64,000 nucleotides of DNA, taken from an uncultured Phycisphaerales bacterium. Lineage in GTDB: Bacteria; Planctomycetota; Phycisphaerae; Tepidisphaerales; Tepidisphaeraceae. The notes beneath the pieces were generated by a model. That model was not told the DNA's origin. It ran no database searches and saw nothing but the letters and a program-made list of their open reading frames with translations. The translations under genes and the position numbers were made by a program. The DNA is taken from NCBI GenBank assembly GCA_963758525.1, contig CAVWVQ010000003.1:3712001-3776000 (forward strand), read 5' to 3'. How positions within the stretch are numbered: the first letter of the stretch is position 1; every line of letters begins with the position of its first letter. Below are positions 40,835-51,787 of this stretch, piece after piece.

Positions 40835-42351
40835 CTAAGCAAAGTCGCGATCCAGGGCGTCGGCGGCGATCCATCCGCTCATCATCACCATCGGCATACC
40901 CGGGCCGGGATGAGCCGATCCTCCCGCGAGATACAGCCCCGGCACCTGGGCATTGCGATTGTTTGGCTTAAACGCCCCGAGAAATCGGCCATGACTCGCC
41001 AGGCCGTAGATCGCGCCCTGAAGCACGTGATAGCGATCGTTGATGTCCTGGGGAGTAAGGCAATGCTCGACAACAATGCGATCCTCAATATCCGCCATTC
41101 CCGCGCATCGCTTGAGTTTGTCGAGGATCACACGTCGATACGCGGGCAGCATCTGTTTCCAATCGTGATGCGGCCGCAGGTAAGGCGTATGCACCAGAAT
41201 ATAGAGAGCCTCGCCGCCCGGCGGGGCCACTCCCGACTCGGTGCGCGACGGAGCGCAAACATAGGCCGTCGGATCAGGCGCCGGTTCACCGCGCCGGTAG
41301 ATAGTTTCAAATTCCTCGTGCGGATCGCGAGAGAAGATAAAATTGTGATGCAGCAGGTGATCGTACGCCTTGGAAAGACCCAGGTAGAGCACGACGCCCG
41401 AGCAGGCCGGCTCCGCTTTGTGACGGCGATTAAACTTCTTGGCGGCCGATCCGTTGATCAGCTCGCGGAACGTGCGCACGGAATCCATGTTGGAAACGAT
41501 CGCGTCGCAGCGCAGCGTTGCGCCGTCGCCGGTCTCGACGCCGACAGCGCGGCCGCCCTCGATAACGATCCTCTTCACTTCCGTGTTGAGCTTGAACGTC
41601 ACGCCGAGCTCCCCGGCGAGTTTCGCCAACGCAACTGGCACGGCCCGCGTTCCCCCGATCGGGTACCAGATGCCGTCGTGGGTCTGCATGTGCGCTACGC
41701 CACAGAGCACCGCCGGCGATTGATCGGCGCGGAGCCGACGTATTGCGTGAAATGATCGAGCATCTGCGCAACGCGCGGATCGGGCGTCATCGAGCGGATG
41801 GTCGACGCCACGCTGCGTCCCATGCGCAGCGCCATCACATCGCGCAGAGTCGAGAGGCTCATCGAATTGCCGAGCGAAAACATGTCGGCGATCGATCCGA
41901 TCGGTCGCCAGAAGAAGAATCGATCGGAGACATCGTGCAGGCGATGCGACATCCTGATGAACTGCCGGTATCGATCGCCGCTCTGCGTGTTGGGGGCATA
42001 TTTGTCGAGAGTGTGTGCCATCGCATCGGTCTGTTCGGACAGATCGAGCACTGACTGGTCCTCGAAGAAGCACCGCCATTGCGGATCGAGGCGCACCAGT
42101 TCGACAGCATCGCTCAACTTTCGGCCGGCCTCGCTGAAGACGCGTTCGAGGACAGCGGGGAGGGTGAGGATTGTCGGCCCCATATCGAAGCGAAAACCGC
42201 GGTCTTCGAGCAGGGCGGCCTTGCCGCCGACCCATTCGTTGCGCTCGATGAGCGTGACGCCGTACCCCCGTGCCGCGAGCGTACACGCTGAGGCGAGCCC
42301 GCCAAGGCCGCCGCCGATGATCGCAACGTCTGCTTTGTGCTGGCCGGTCAT
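40835..42351 (-). CDS. crtP: CrtP/CrtNb-like diapocarotenoid oxidase (phytoene desaturase family); frameshift near 41720
   Basis: GGGLGG, FDMGPTILT, DHFTQYVGS, then GIWYPIGG, GAIYGLASHG and GGSAHPGPGMPMV. Confidence 0.8.
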
Positions 42352-43646
42352 TTCGGCAAATCCTTTGCGGCTGTGGTTTGTGAATCGCGATGCCGTCGCG
42401 CGGCCCGGATCAACCGCAGCAGGCCCGCGAGCCGGCTTCCGATGGTTCTGCCGTGCGACGCCGCGAGTTGTCCGGCGAGAATTGCCGGTGTGTTTCCATT
42501 GGGAGGCATCAGATGCAGCCGGGGACCGCGCCGCCGGGTGCTGATGGTTTTGAGCGTCGTCATTTCCAGGAGCCCCTCGGCTCCGCGCGTCACGCCAAAA
42601 CCGCTTTGTCCGCGCCCGCCAAACGGGAGCCGCGGGTCAGCGGTGGGGACGATCAGGTCGTTGATGACAATCGAACCCACATCCAGTTGCGCGGCAACTT
42701 GGCGCGCGCTTTCGAGTGAGCCGAATATGGACGCGCCCAGACGATAGGGATGAGCATTGGTCTGCTCGATCGCCTCGACTGCACACGTGCGCACGATACT
42801 TTCGAATCCATCCACCTGGCTCAGCAACCGATCCGCGATGGATGCATCGACGAACAGTCTGCGGGGAGCGATGCAACTGTTGCCGCCGTTCAATTCCAAA
42901 CCAAATCGCAAACACCGCGCGGCAAGATCCACATCCGCATCCGCGAGAACGATCGCGCTGTCGCAACCGGAAAGCTCCATCACGCTGGGAATCAGATGCG
43001 GTGCGAGGGTTCGTGCGACGGCACGACCGGTTTCGGCCGATCCCGTGAGGATCACTTTGTCGATTTCGCCCAACCACGGCTCGATCGCCTCGGGAGATTC
43101 ATCGAGCACGATGCACGCCTCCCGCGGAACGCCCACGCCATGAAGCGTTTCCGCGAGCAACATCAGCACCGGGCGCGTGCCGGGCGCGGGTTTGAGCAAA
43201 ACGCGATTGCCGGCAACGAGCGCCTGAATAGCGCCGATGCCAGGGATCATGAGCGGGTAATTGACTGGCCCGATGATCAGGATCGTTCCCAGCGGCTCGT
43301 GGCGTATTTCCGCGTCAACGCCCAAGAGCCAAAACGGTCTGCCACGCCGGCCCAGATATTGGGGACGCAGTGCACGAGGTGCCGCCCTGGCGAGAAAGCG
43401 GCAGGCGTCGGCCAGCGGAATGATTTCCGCGGCCAGCGTCTCTTCTGCCGAAGTCCGAAACGGCAGGCGAATCGCATCGATCCACGGCTGCGGATCGTCC
43501 GCCAGGATGTGGCGCAGTGCGCAGACTCGCGAAATACGTTCCTTCAACGGCACCTGCGCCCAGCCCGGCGCGATGGCATCTGCTGCTTCGTCGCGCTGCT
43601 GCAGCGCGGCGTCGGAGGCGCGAAGTTGAACCGTGCCGTGCGTCAT
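42348..43646 (-). CDS. Aldehyde dehydrogenase (AldH/CrtNc-like)
   Basis: PVNYP, LKP, LTGSAETG, MELSG, catalytic Cys in NSCIAP, PFGGRGQSGFG. Confidence 0.85.
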   Translation of the reverse strand: MTHGTVQLRASDAALQQRDEAADAIAPGWAQVPLKERISRVCALRHILADDPQPWIDAIRLPFRTSAEETLAAEIIPLADACRFLARAAPRALRPQYLGRRGRPFWLLGVDAEIRHEPLGTILIIGPVNYPLMIPGIGAIQALVAGNRVLLKPAPGTRPVLMLLAETLHGVGVPREACIVLDESPEAIEPWLGEIDKVILTGSAETGRAVARTLAPHLIPSVMELSGCDSAIVLADADVDLAARCLRFGLELNGGNSCIAPRRLFVDASIADRLLSQVDGFESIVRTCAVEAIEQTNAHPYRLGASIFGSLESARQVAAQLDVGSIVINDLIVPTADPRLPFGGRGQSGFGVTRGAEGLLEMTTLKTISTRRRGPRLHLMPPNGNTPAILAGQLAASHGRTIGSRLAGLLRLIRAARRHRDSQTTAAKDLPK

Positions 43647-45196
43647 GAGTGCGATGGGCTGCTGAATGTCGGAATCAGCTCCATTTCGTCCGGAACGGCC
43701 GCGATATCCGAGGCAACGCCAAAGTCGTTGAGCAGCAACCGGCTGGTGATGCGCGCCGACTCGAAAATGACCGGCAGGCCGCTGCCCGGATGCGTGCCGC
43801 CGCCAACCAGGTAGACTCCTTCGACGCCTTCGAACCGATTCTTGGGGCGAAGGTGCAGCATCTGTCCCAGATTGTGTGCCAGGTTGAACGTCGCCCCGCG
43901 ATAAATTGGCCCGAACCGCGCCCAGTCATCCGGTGTCACCATTTTCTCGAAGACGATGCGTTTTGCGATGTCGCCAAATCCCAGCTTCGGCAGTTGATCA
44001 AGCGCGATCTGGCGAAACCGCGGCGCTTCCAATTCCCAATTGACGTTCGGATGCTGATGCGTCACCGGCACCAGCACATAGATCGTGCTTTGACCCGCCG
44101 GCGCCAGCGAAGGGTCGGTCACGCACGCATTCTGCACGTAGATCGAAGGATCGCGCATCGTCAGCACATGGCGGTCCTGAATGTCCTTCAAATTGTCGTG
44201 ATATTTGTCGGAAAGATAGATCGTGTGATGCGGCAGCGGATAGCGACCTTCAACGCCCAGATAAAGCATGAAGGTCGAACAGGAATACTCCTTGGTCGCC
44301 AGCTTCTCGTTCGACCATTGTTTGCGCAGCGCGTTGGGGATGAGTTTGCTGACGGTTCCGGCAAAATCTGCGTTGATCACAACGGCATCAGCCGAATATG
44401 TCCCTTCGGCAGTGCGCACGCCAGTCGCGCGATGCCCGTCAAAAACGATTTCCTCCACCGGCTCGCGCAGGTGCAGTTGCACATCCATCTCCCCGACAAT
44501 GCGCCCCATGGTTTCACTGACCGCGCTGCATCCGCCGATCGGATGAAACACGCCGTGCTCGTATTCGAGGAACGAAAGAATCGAAAAGAGGCTCGGGCAC
44601 TTGTACGGCGACATCCCCAGATATTTCGATTGAAACGAGAACGCCAGCCGAATCCGCTCATCCTTGAAGTATCGCCCCAACTCCCGGTCCAGGGAGTTCC
44701 ACGGTCGAAGCGTCGGCAGCAACTTCATCATGCGCAGGCTCAGGACGTCGCGCAGGCTCAGGAATGGCGACTCCAGGCATGGCTTGAACAACGCCAGTTT
44801 GCGCCGGTTCTCGCTCATAAATCGATCGATCGCGGCGGCGTCCTCAGGCGAGATCTTCGCCACCGCCGCTTTCATGCGCTCCAGGTCGGGGGTGGCGAGC
44901 AATTCGCCTCCGCCGCTGCCAAACATGACGCGGTATTGCGGATCGAGCTTGATGAACTCGATGTCGCGATCCAGGTCACGGCCGACGGACTTGAAGATCG
45001 AGCGAAGGACGTGAGGGTAGAGGAAAAACGTTGGTCCGACATCGAATCGGAAACCATTGGCTTCGATGGCCGACGTGCGTCCCCCGACGCGCGCATGACG
45101 CTCGAAAATATGCACTTTCAGACCCGCGCCAGCAAGCAGCATGGCTGTAGCCAGGCCGCCGGGCCCAGCGCCGATGACAATCACCTCACGAGCCAT
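43643..45196 (-). CDS. crtN: CrtN-like diapophytoene/squalene desaturase
   Basis: GAGPGG, FDVGPTFF, FQSKYLGMSP, GGGTHPGSGLP. Confidence 0.85.
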   Translation of the reverse strand: MAREVIVIGAGPGGLATAMLLAGAGLKVHIFERHARVGGRTSAIEANGFRFDVGPTFFLYPHVLRSIFKSVGRDLDRDIEFIKLDPQYRVMFGSGGGELLATPDLERMKAAVAKISPEDAAAIDRFMSENRRKLALFKPCLESPFLSLRDVLSLRMMKLLPTLRPWNSLDRELGRYFKDERIRLAFSFQSKYLGMSPYKCPSLFSILSFLEYEHGVFHPIGGCSAVSETMGRIVGEMDVQLHLREPVEEIVFDGHRATGVRTAEGTYSADAVVINADFAGTVSKLIPNALRKQWSNEKLATKEYSCSTFMLYLGVEGRYPLPHHTIYLSDKYHDNLKDIQDRHVLTMRDPSIYVQNACVTDPSLAPAGQSTIYVLVPVTHQHPNVNWELEAPRFRQIALDQLPKLGFGDIAKRIVFEKMVTPDDWARFGPIYRGATFNLAHNLGQMLHLRPKNRFEGVEGVYLVGGGTHPGSGLPVIFESARITSRLLLNDFGVASDIAAVPDEMELIPTFSSPSHS

Positions 45197-45310
45197 CCAT
45201 TCCGTCCCTTTCTGGAGATGAAAATTTGACCCGGGAAGCGAAATTTCCCGGTCCTCGCATCGCATGGCATTCTAGGCATGTGTCGCGGCGGATGCATCTC
45301 AGGTCGGCTT

Positions 45311-45994
45311 TCAGAATTTTTCACGCGGGCACGGCAGCGCAATCACCGAATCTCCCGCGATCGCGAAGATGCGGCGGGCCTGCTGTGCCGGCATGTGGCA
45401 TCCACCGGTAAACGAACCAAACGCGGGCAATATTCCCACCTGTTCGTCAAAGACAAAGCACGGGACGCGCACGCTGGAGCCGTCAAAATCGCGCAACGCG
45501 CAGACGGGATGGATGTGGCCGCCCAACAGGGGCCGGCAATTGGGAATGTCGGGGAAATGCGAAAGGAACAATCCGTCGACCTCCAGAGGACCGGCCACTT
45601 CCTCAAACTTCCATTCGTCAGGGCAGGCGCCCGCGCTGCGGTCATGATTGCCGCGAATCAGCAGCATCTCGATATTGCCATGCGATCGCCGCCACTGGCA
45701 AATGGCTTCCATGATCTGCGGATGGCGCCCGCTGCGTGCATGGAGAAAGTCGCCAAGGATGATCATCCGGCGGGCCCCGGTGAGTGCCAGCACGCGCGAA
45801 AGACGCTCCAGATCTTTGCGGCTGCTCCCGGCGGGCACCGGAACTCCCGCGCTGCGGAAAGCCGCGCCTTTGCCCAGATGAACGTCCGTGACGATCACGC
45901 TTTGCCGCGCCGGCCACCAGATCGCGGGACCGGCGAGCAGCTCAAAGCGGTGCGACGCAAAATCCACCGCGATTCTCGACTTCTCTCGGATCAT
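45311..45994 (-). CDS. pdeM: Ligase-associated DNA damage response endonuclease (metallophosphoesterase)
   Basis: DVHLGK, LGDFLH, GNHD, GHIHP, PAFGSFTGG. Confidence 0.9.
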   Translation of the reverse strand: MIREKSRIAVDFASHRFELLAGPAIWWPARQSVIVTDVHLGKGAAFRSAGVPVPAGSSRKDLERLSRVLALTGARRMIILGDFLHARSGRHPQIMEAICQWRRSHGNIEMLLIRGNHDRSAGACPDEWKFEEVAGPLEVDGLFLSHFPDIPNCRPLLGGHIHPVCALRDFDGSSVRVPCFVFDEQVGILPAFGSFTGGCHMPAQQARRIFAIAGDSVIALPCPREKF

Positions 45995-48562
45995 CCGTTG
46001 AATCCTGTTTCATCGCCGCCGCCTCCAGCTCGCGGGCCAGGCGCTCAATCCTCTGCGTCGGGTTCTCCGATCGCAACTGCTGCGATGCGATGCGCTCGGC
46101 AAACAGCGGAAACGCCAGCGGAGTCACCTTCGCGGGCGAAGTCATGACGAGTTGCTCAGCAGCCAGTTGCAGCAGGGCCGACTGAAGACGGGTGAATTCG
46201 AGTTGACGCGTCAGCACTTCCTGCCGAGCCTGAATCAGCAGAAGATTCTCCGGGTCGAATTCCTTGAAGACATCATAGAACAACCCGCTGGAGGCTTGCA
46301 GCGCCCTGACGCTTCGCGGCGCGCCGGGCCGGGTGGGAACCAGCAGCCCCGCGATGCGCGCGATCTCGCGGAAGTGCCGCCGCGCCGATTCGCCCGTGTT
46401 GACGCATTCGGAAACATCCTCCAGCAGATTCGCCGGCGAGAGAACCTCGCGCCAATCCGGCTCTGATTCTGCCAGGGGCCGCTGCGAAAGCAGTTCGAGT
46501 CCGTAATCGTTAAATGTCGCGGTGATGGGAGAAAGACGGCGGCGCGCAAAACGATGCGTGATCAGCGCCGCAAGTCCTTCGTGAACAAGACGTCCCTGAA
46601 ACGGATACAAAAAGTGATGGTGCCCGTCGCGGCTGGTGACGGATTCGACCAGAAGCTGTGCCCGTCGCGGAATGACCGACCATCGCTGCTGCAGTTCAAG
46701 GATGGGGCGAACGTGCTGCATTTCCGCGTCGACAAAGCGATGCTCGGCTGCTTCGTCGAGCCGAACGCGAACCGACTCGGCCAGGCTTCCCGACATAGCC
46801 ATCTTCCCGCCCAACCATTTCGGGACGGTCCCGCGCTTTGACTTGGAGGGTTTCACCTGCAGCGTCATCTCGTGCATCCGGACCGTTTGCAGCGTTCGGC
46901 CCGCGAAGTTGAACAGGTCGCCGGGGCGCAGCCTGCTGGCAAAAGATTCCTCCACGCTGCCCAGATATTTCCCACGGACGAACTTCACGTTGACCGCGCC
47001 GTCGGCGGTGATCGTCCCGATATTCATGCGATGCATGCGCGCCAGTTGCGGCGATGCAGCGACCCACTTGCCATTTTCCTCAATGATCCGAGCGAAACGC
47101 GGGTAGGCCGCCAGGCTCTGCCCGCCGCGTCTGGCAAAGTCCATGACCCACTGCCAGTGCAGATCAGTCAGAGCCGCAAAAGCGTTCGTCGATCGCACCT
47201 CGGCAAGAAGCTCGCGGTCATCAAATCCGCCGCCCGCGGCCACTGTCACCACATGTTGCGCCAGAACATCCAGCGCCAGCGTTACCGGCTCGCGCAGTTC
47301 GACCGCGCGGCGATCCACCGCGCGTCGCACCGCTGAAAACTCAACCAGCTCAAACGCCTGTGTCGGCACGCAAACAATCTTGCTCGTCGCGCCCGGCTGA
47401 TGTCCGCTGCGCCCGGCCCGCTGAATCGCGCGGGCGATATTCTTGGGGCTTCCAATCTGAATGACCTGATCAACCGGCCAGAAATCCACGCCCAGATCGA
47501 GGCTCGAAGTGCAGACCACCGCGCGCAGTTGTCCTTCACGCAGCATCTGCTCGACGCTCGATCGAAGCTTGCGGTCCAGCGAGCCATGGTGCAACGCGAT
47601 CTTTCCCAGCCAGTCCGGCGCGCCTGCATCACTGCGCGGAACCACATCTCGCTCTGCGACCTTGTGTTGGTAAAGACCAGCGTGCTGCCGGCCGACTCGA
47701 TCAACTGGATCACAGGTTCGACCATCCGCGTCCCAAGGTGGCCGGCCCAGGGAAACCGCTCGATCCGCGCTGGGAGAACGCTGTCGACAAAGATCGGCTT
47801 TGTGTCTGGCGCAATAATGGATCTGGCGTTTGGGGCTGCGACAGGGCCGACCAGCGCCGCAAGCGCTTCGTGTCGATTGGCGATCGTGGCGCTCAAACCC
47901 CAGGTGCGCGTCGCCGGCGAAAAGCGGCGCAGCCTCGCCAGCGCCAGCTCGGCTTGCACGCCGCGTTTGGTGCCGATCAGTTCGTGCCATTCATCGACGA
48001 TCGCACAGCGCAGCGTTTGCAGTCGTGCCGGCGAATCGTCGTACGAAAGCAGCAATGAAGCGCTTTCCGGCGTAGTGACGAGAATCGTCGGAAGCCGCTC
48101 CTTCTGACGCCGGCGGAGCGCGGCAGATGTATCTGATGTCCGCAGCTCCACGCTCCAGGGAAGTTGCAGTCCCTCCACCGCCAATTGCAATGCGCCAACC
48201 GTGTCAGCGGCAAGCGCCCGCAGCGGCGTGATCCAGATCATTGTGAGCGGCGCGGTGCGCGGCACTCTACGCCGACTTCTCGCGTCTCCTCTTTCCCCCT
48301 CCCCCGGAGTACCAGGGGAGGGGATTTGAGTGCCAGCCGCTCTCAGCGTCGACTCGGAGGATGACGCGTCGAGGAACTCGATCATCGGCCCCAGCGCCGC
48401 GGCCAATGTTTTGCCAATGCCCGTCGGCGCTTGAATCAATCCGTCGCGCCCGGCGAGATATTCATTCCAAGTGTCCCGCTGAAAATCGAAGGGCACCCTG
48501 CCTTGCGCAGCAAACCAGTGCTCGACCTGCGCAGTTCCAGAGACGGCCGCCCGCTTGCTCAT
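45942..48562 (-). CDS. Ligase-associated Lhr-like DEXH helicase; frameshift near 47620
   Basis: PTGIGKT, TPLRALA, DEWH, GLSAT, HHGSLD, TSSLDLGVD, QRAGRSGH. Confidence 0.92.
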
Positions 48563-50175
48563 CGCGCCTCCACGGTCTGCAGTAACGCAAACACCGATTG
48601 CAGCGTGTCAGCCTCTCGCGGCTTCTTGTCCTGACGCATGCGGAGGATTCGCGGGAATCGCAACGCAACACCCGACTTGTGCCGGTCGGATCGACGGATC
48701 GCTTCAAAGCCGATCTCGAAGACGAGTCGGGGCTCGATGATATGCACAGGTCCGAATCGGGCGGTGGTGTATCTTCGCGCGAAGCGATCGACACGGACGA
48801 TCTCGTCATCGGTGAGCCCGCTGTAGGCCTTGGCGACAGTGACCAGCTCATCCCCGGACCAAACGCCAAATGAATAATCGGTCAGCAGCCCCGCCCGCCG
48901 GCCGCGTCCAGGCTCGGCGGCGATGAGGACGGCGTCGAGCGTGAACGGTTCAATCTTCAATTTCCACCACAACCCGGCCGGCCGGCCCGCGCGATACGTC
49001 GAGTCGGCGCGTTTCAGCATCACACCTTCAACGCCACGCTCGCGCGACGCGTCGATCAGCGCTTGAAGCTCATCCCATTCCTGGAAATCGATGATCGGAG
49101 ACAGCGCAATGCACGAATCGCCGGGCACCGCCGCGAGGCGCGCTGCCAGCGCACCGCGCCGGAATTCGAGCGGATCTCGGCGAAGATCGCGGCTGTCGAG
49201 CTCAAGGAGATCGAAGGCCACGAATCGAACCGGGACGTCAGGCCAGAAGCTCGGCTCGTGCTGCTTGCGATTGAGGCGCGTCTGCAGATCAGAAAAAGCC
49301 ATCGGCCGATTGTCAGCAGCGTTCCATCCGACAATCTCTCCATCAATCACAATCCCGTCAGGCAGGTCGGATGCGCACTGAAGAATTTCGGGAAACGCTC
49401 CCCCGATCATTTCATCGCCGCGCGACCAGAGCGCGGTCTTGCCTTGTCGGCGGACGATCTGGGCGCGAATGCCGTCCCATTTCCACTCGATGAGCCAATC
49501 CGTCCGCGACCCCAGCGTTTGAGGCGCGGCATCCAGGGCATGGGCGAGCATGAAGGGATATGGCAGACACGCATCGCCGCAGGGCTCGGCATCGGCGGGG
49601 GAGAGCAGCCGCGCGAACGAGTGCTCGCCGGGCGTCCAGTTTCCCGCCAGCCGATGGGCGATCACCGCCGGCTCCACTTCCGCTAGCTCGGCGATTGCGC
49701 GAACGAGAAGCTGCTTTGAAACTCCGACGCGGAAGCTCCCTCCCAGCAGCTTGTGAAAGACCAGCCGCTGATCGACATCCAGCCGTAGCCAGGCTTGCGC
49801 CATGGTTTCCTGCTGTGCGGACGGTGACATGTGCGGCAGGGGGCGGACGGTCCTTTCGATCAGCTCATGCAGCGGCGGCGGCGATTCGCCTTCGGCTGCG
49901 CTGCCGGTGAGGAGCGCAAGTGTCTCCGAAAGATCGCCGACGAGCTGATGGCACTCGTCGACGAGCCAGGGGGGATGGCCGCTCGCGTCTGCGGCCCACC
50001 GCCGCAGCAATTTGCCCGCAATCCGCCTGCCGATCTTTCGGCCCGAAAGCAGGAACACCGCCCAGGCCGCATCGGGGGCGGGAGCGCTGCGGAAGTAAGC
50101 GACCAGTGCCTCGACCTTGTCCGCGGTGCGTGTGGTCTGGTCCAACGCAAGGTACAGATCCGTAAAGCGCTTCAC
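48559..50175 (-). CDS. ATP-dependent DNA ligase
   Basis: EWKWDGIR adenylation motif, DGEI, EGVMLK, LRFPR. Confidence 0.95.
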   Translation of the reverse strand: MKRFTDLYLALDQTTRTADKVEALVAYFRSAPAPDAAWAVFLLSGRKIGRRIAGKLLRRWAADASGHPPWLVDECHQLVGDLSETLALLTGSAAEGESPPPLHELIERTVRPLPHMSPSAQQETMAQAWLRLDVDQRLVFHKLLGGSFRVGVSKQLLVRAIAELAEVEPAVIAHRLAGNWTPGEHSFARLLSPADAEPCGDACLPYPFMLAHALDAAPQTLGSRTDWLIEWKWDGIRAQIVRRQGKTALWSRGDEMIGGAFPEILQCASDLPDGIVIDGEIVGWNAADNRPMAFSDLQTRLNRKQHEPSFWPDVPVRFVAFDLLELDSRDLRRDPLEFRRGALAARLAAVPGDSCIALSPIIDFQEWDELQALIDASRERGVEGVMLKRADSTYRAGRPAGLWWKLKIEPFTLDAVLIAAEPGRGRRAGLLTDYSFGVWSGDELVTVAKAYSGLTDDEIVRVDRFARRYTTARFGPVHIIEPRLVFEIGFEAIRRSDRHKSGVALRFPRILRMRQDKKPREADTLQSVFALLQTVEAR

Positions 50176-51248
50176 GAATCTTCCCTCCGCGCAAATTCCA
50201 ACTCGGCGCCGGCCGGCAACGCTGCATCTTCTTCGCCCGAAGCGGGATCGACTTCTCCCTCTTCACCCTTGAAGCGTGTTTTGAAGGCAGCGGCGTCCAT
50301 CCCGCGCTCCCGCAGCAGGCGCACGAGCGGATCGGTGAAGCCGTGCGTGGCGATGACATGCTCCGCGCCGGTTTCCGCGATCGTCGAAAGCAGTTGCGGA
50401 AAGTCCGCATGATCCGAAAGCACAAATCCGCGATCTGCGCCTCCCCGCCGACGGAACCCGCGCACCTGCATCCAGCCGGATGCGACGCCCGTCGCAACCG
50501 GCGCAAATTTCCGCAGCCAGACCGAATGGAGCGCCGAGGGCGGCGCGATGACCATGGCACGGCCGCGATGCACTTTGGCGGCCTCCGCGCTCGCGTAGTG
50601 CGTCGGCGGCAGCTCGACGCCGGTTTGACGATAGGCGTTGGTGACCGCATCGACCGCGCCATGCAGGAGGATCGGGCCGATCGACGGATCCAGCCCGCCC
50701 AGCAGTCGCTCCGCTTTGCCGAGTGAGTAAGCGAACAGCGCGCTGGTCCGCCCGGCGGCGATATTATCCCGCCACCATTGGTTGACATCCTCCATCACGA
50801 GCTTCGGGTCGTTCCAATGGAAAATCGGCAGGCCGAACGTGCACTCGGTGATGAACGTGTGACAGCGAACCAGCTCAAAGCCCCGGCAGGTGACATCCGC
50901 ATGGCGTTTGTAGTCGCCGGTAAAAACCCAGACCTCGCCGCGATGCTCGATACGCACCTGCGCCGAGCCGAGGACATGGCCCGCGGGGTGGAGCGAGACA
51001 TGCACGCCGTTGATATCAATAACTTGCTGATAATGCAGCGCGTCGACGACGATGTCGCTGCCGAGACGCTGGCGAAGCAGTGCCGCGCCGTCGGCGGGGC
51101 AGAGGTATCGCTGCGAGCCGCGGCGAGCGTGGTCGGAGTGCGCGTGGGTGACGATGTTGCGTGGGACGTCGCCCCAGGCGTCTATGTAAAAATCGCCGGC
51201 CGAGCAGAAGAGTCCTCGACCGGTGTTGACGATCAGCGGTTCCGACAT
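50172..51248 (-). CDS. Ligase-associated DNA damage response exonuclease (MBL fold)
   Basis: THAHSDH, AGHVLGSA, TECTFGLP, SDHAD, THG. Confidence 0.93.
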   Translation of the reverse strand: MSEPLIVNTGRGLFCSAGDFYIDAWGDVPRNIVTHAHSDHARRGSQRYLCPADGAALLRQRLGSDIVVDALHYQQVIDINGVHVSLHPAGHVLGSAQVRIEHRGEVWVFTGDYKRHADVTCRGFELVRCHTFITECTFGLPIFHWNDPKLVMEDVNQWWRDNIAAGRTSALFAYSLGKAERLLGGLDPSIGPILLHGAVDAVTNAYRQTGVELPPTHYASAEAAKVHRGRAMVIAPPSALHSVWLRKFAPVATGVASGWMQVRGFRRRGGADRGFVLSDHADFPQLLSTIAETGAEHVIATHGFTDPLVRLLRERGMDAAAFKTRFKGEEGEVDPASGEEDAALPAGAELEFARREDS

Positions 51249-51308
51249 CGCCGAATCTTAGGCAGTTCGGCGCGCTCGGGGTGCGCGCGGTCGCTGCTGC
51301 GCGCTGCT

Positions 51309-51466
51309 CCCTCTCCCGGTACGCCGGGAGAGGGCTGGGGTGAGGGTGATTTGGAGAGCGAGAGGTCTCTGTTTGATGGGAAGAGCGATCATCGCCCGAG
51401 ACGAGAGTCCTTTCACGTTCGAAATCACCCTCACCCCAACCCTCTCCCGGAGTACCGGGAGAGGGG
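51309..51466. repeat. REP doublet CCCTCACCCC..CCCTCTCCCGG(AGTA)CCGGGAGAGGG
   Basis: Inverted pair; further copies at 40788-40817 and inside the helicase at 48294-48324. Confidence 0.88.
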
Positions 51467-51659
51467 GCAGGACGCGGCGTTGGTCGTGCATCGGTGCAGG
51501 CGTCGGCCCTCAACAGAAACCGGAGAGTTCTATATGTAGGGCGGGATTCATCCCGCCGCTTCTTTTGTCTACGGCAAAATCGTGGCGGGATGAATCCCGC
51601 CCTACATTCGAGAATGTTCTTCACGCAAAGATTTTCTTCTTGATTTTATAATTTTTCAT

Positions 51660-51685
51660 GCAACAATTCAGGTCTAATCGGCGTT
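51660..51685 (+). promoter_or_regulatory. Candidate ECF-sigma promoter of the tRNA array
   Basis: GCAAC-N17-CGTT at the end of an AT-rich stretch (51630-51660). Confidence 0.45.
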
Positions 51686-51703
51686 ATGTCGATGGAGAGA
51701 CCT

Positions 51704-51787
51704 ATGCGGCACTTGAGTTCATCTAAGTTTAACGGTTGCCAACCAGAGCGACTCGCATCAAACCGAGCCGAACTGGTCAACTTATAA
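51704..51787 (+). CDS. Putative 27-aa leader peptide MRHLSSSKFNGCQPERLASNRAELVNL
   Basis: GGAGAG RBS; rich in A/T-ending codons; stop codon overlaps the first of several alternative hairpins. Confidence 0.5.
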   Translation: MRHLSSSKFNGCQPERLASNRAELVNL

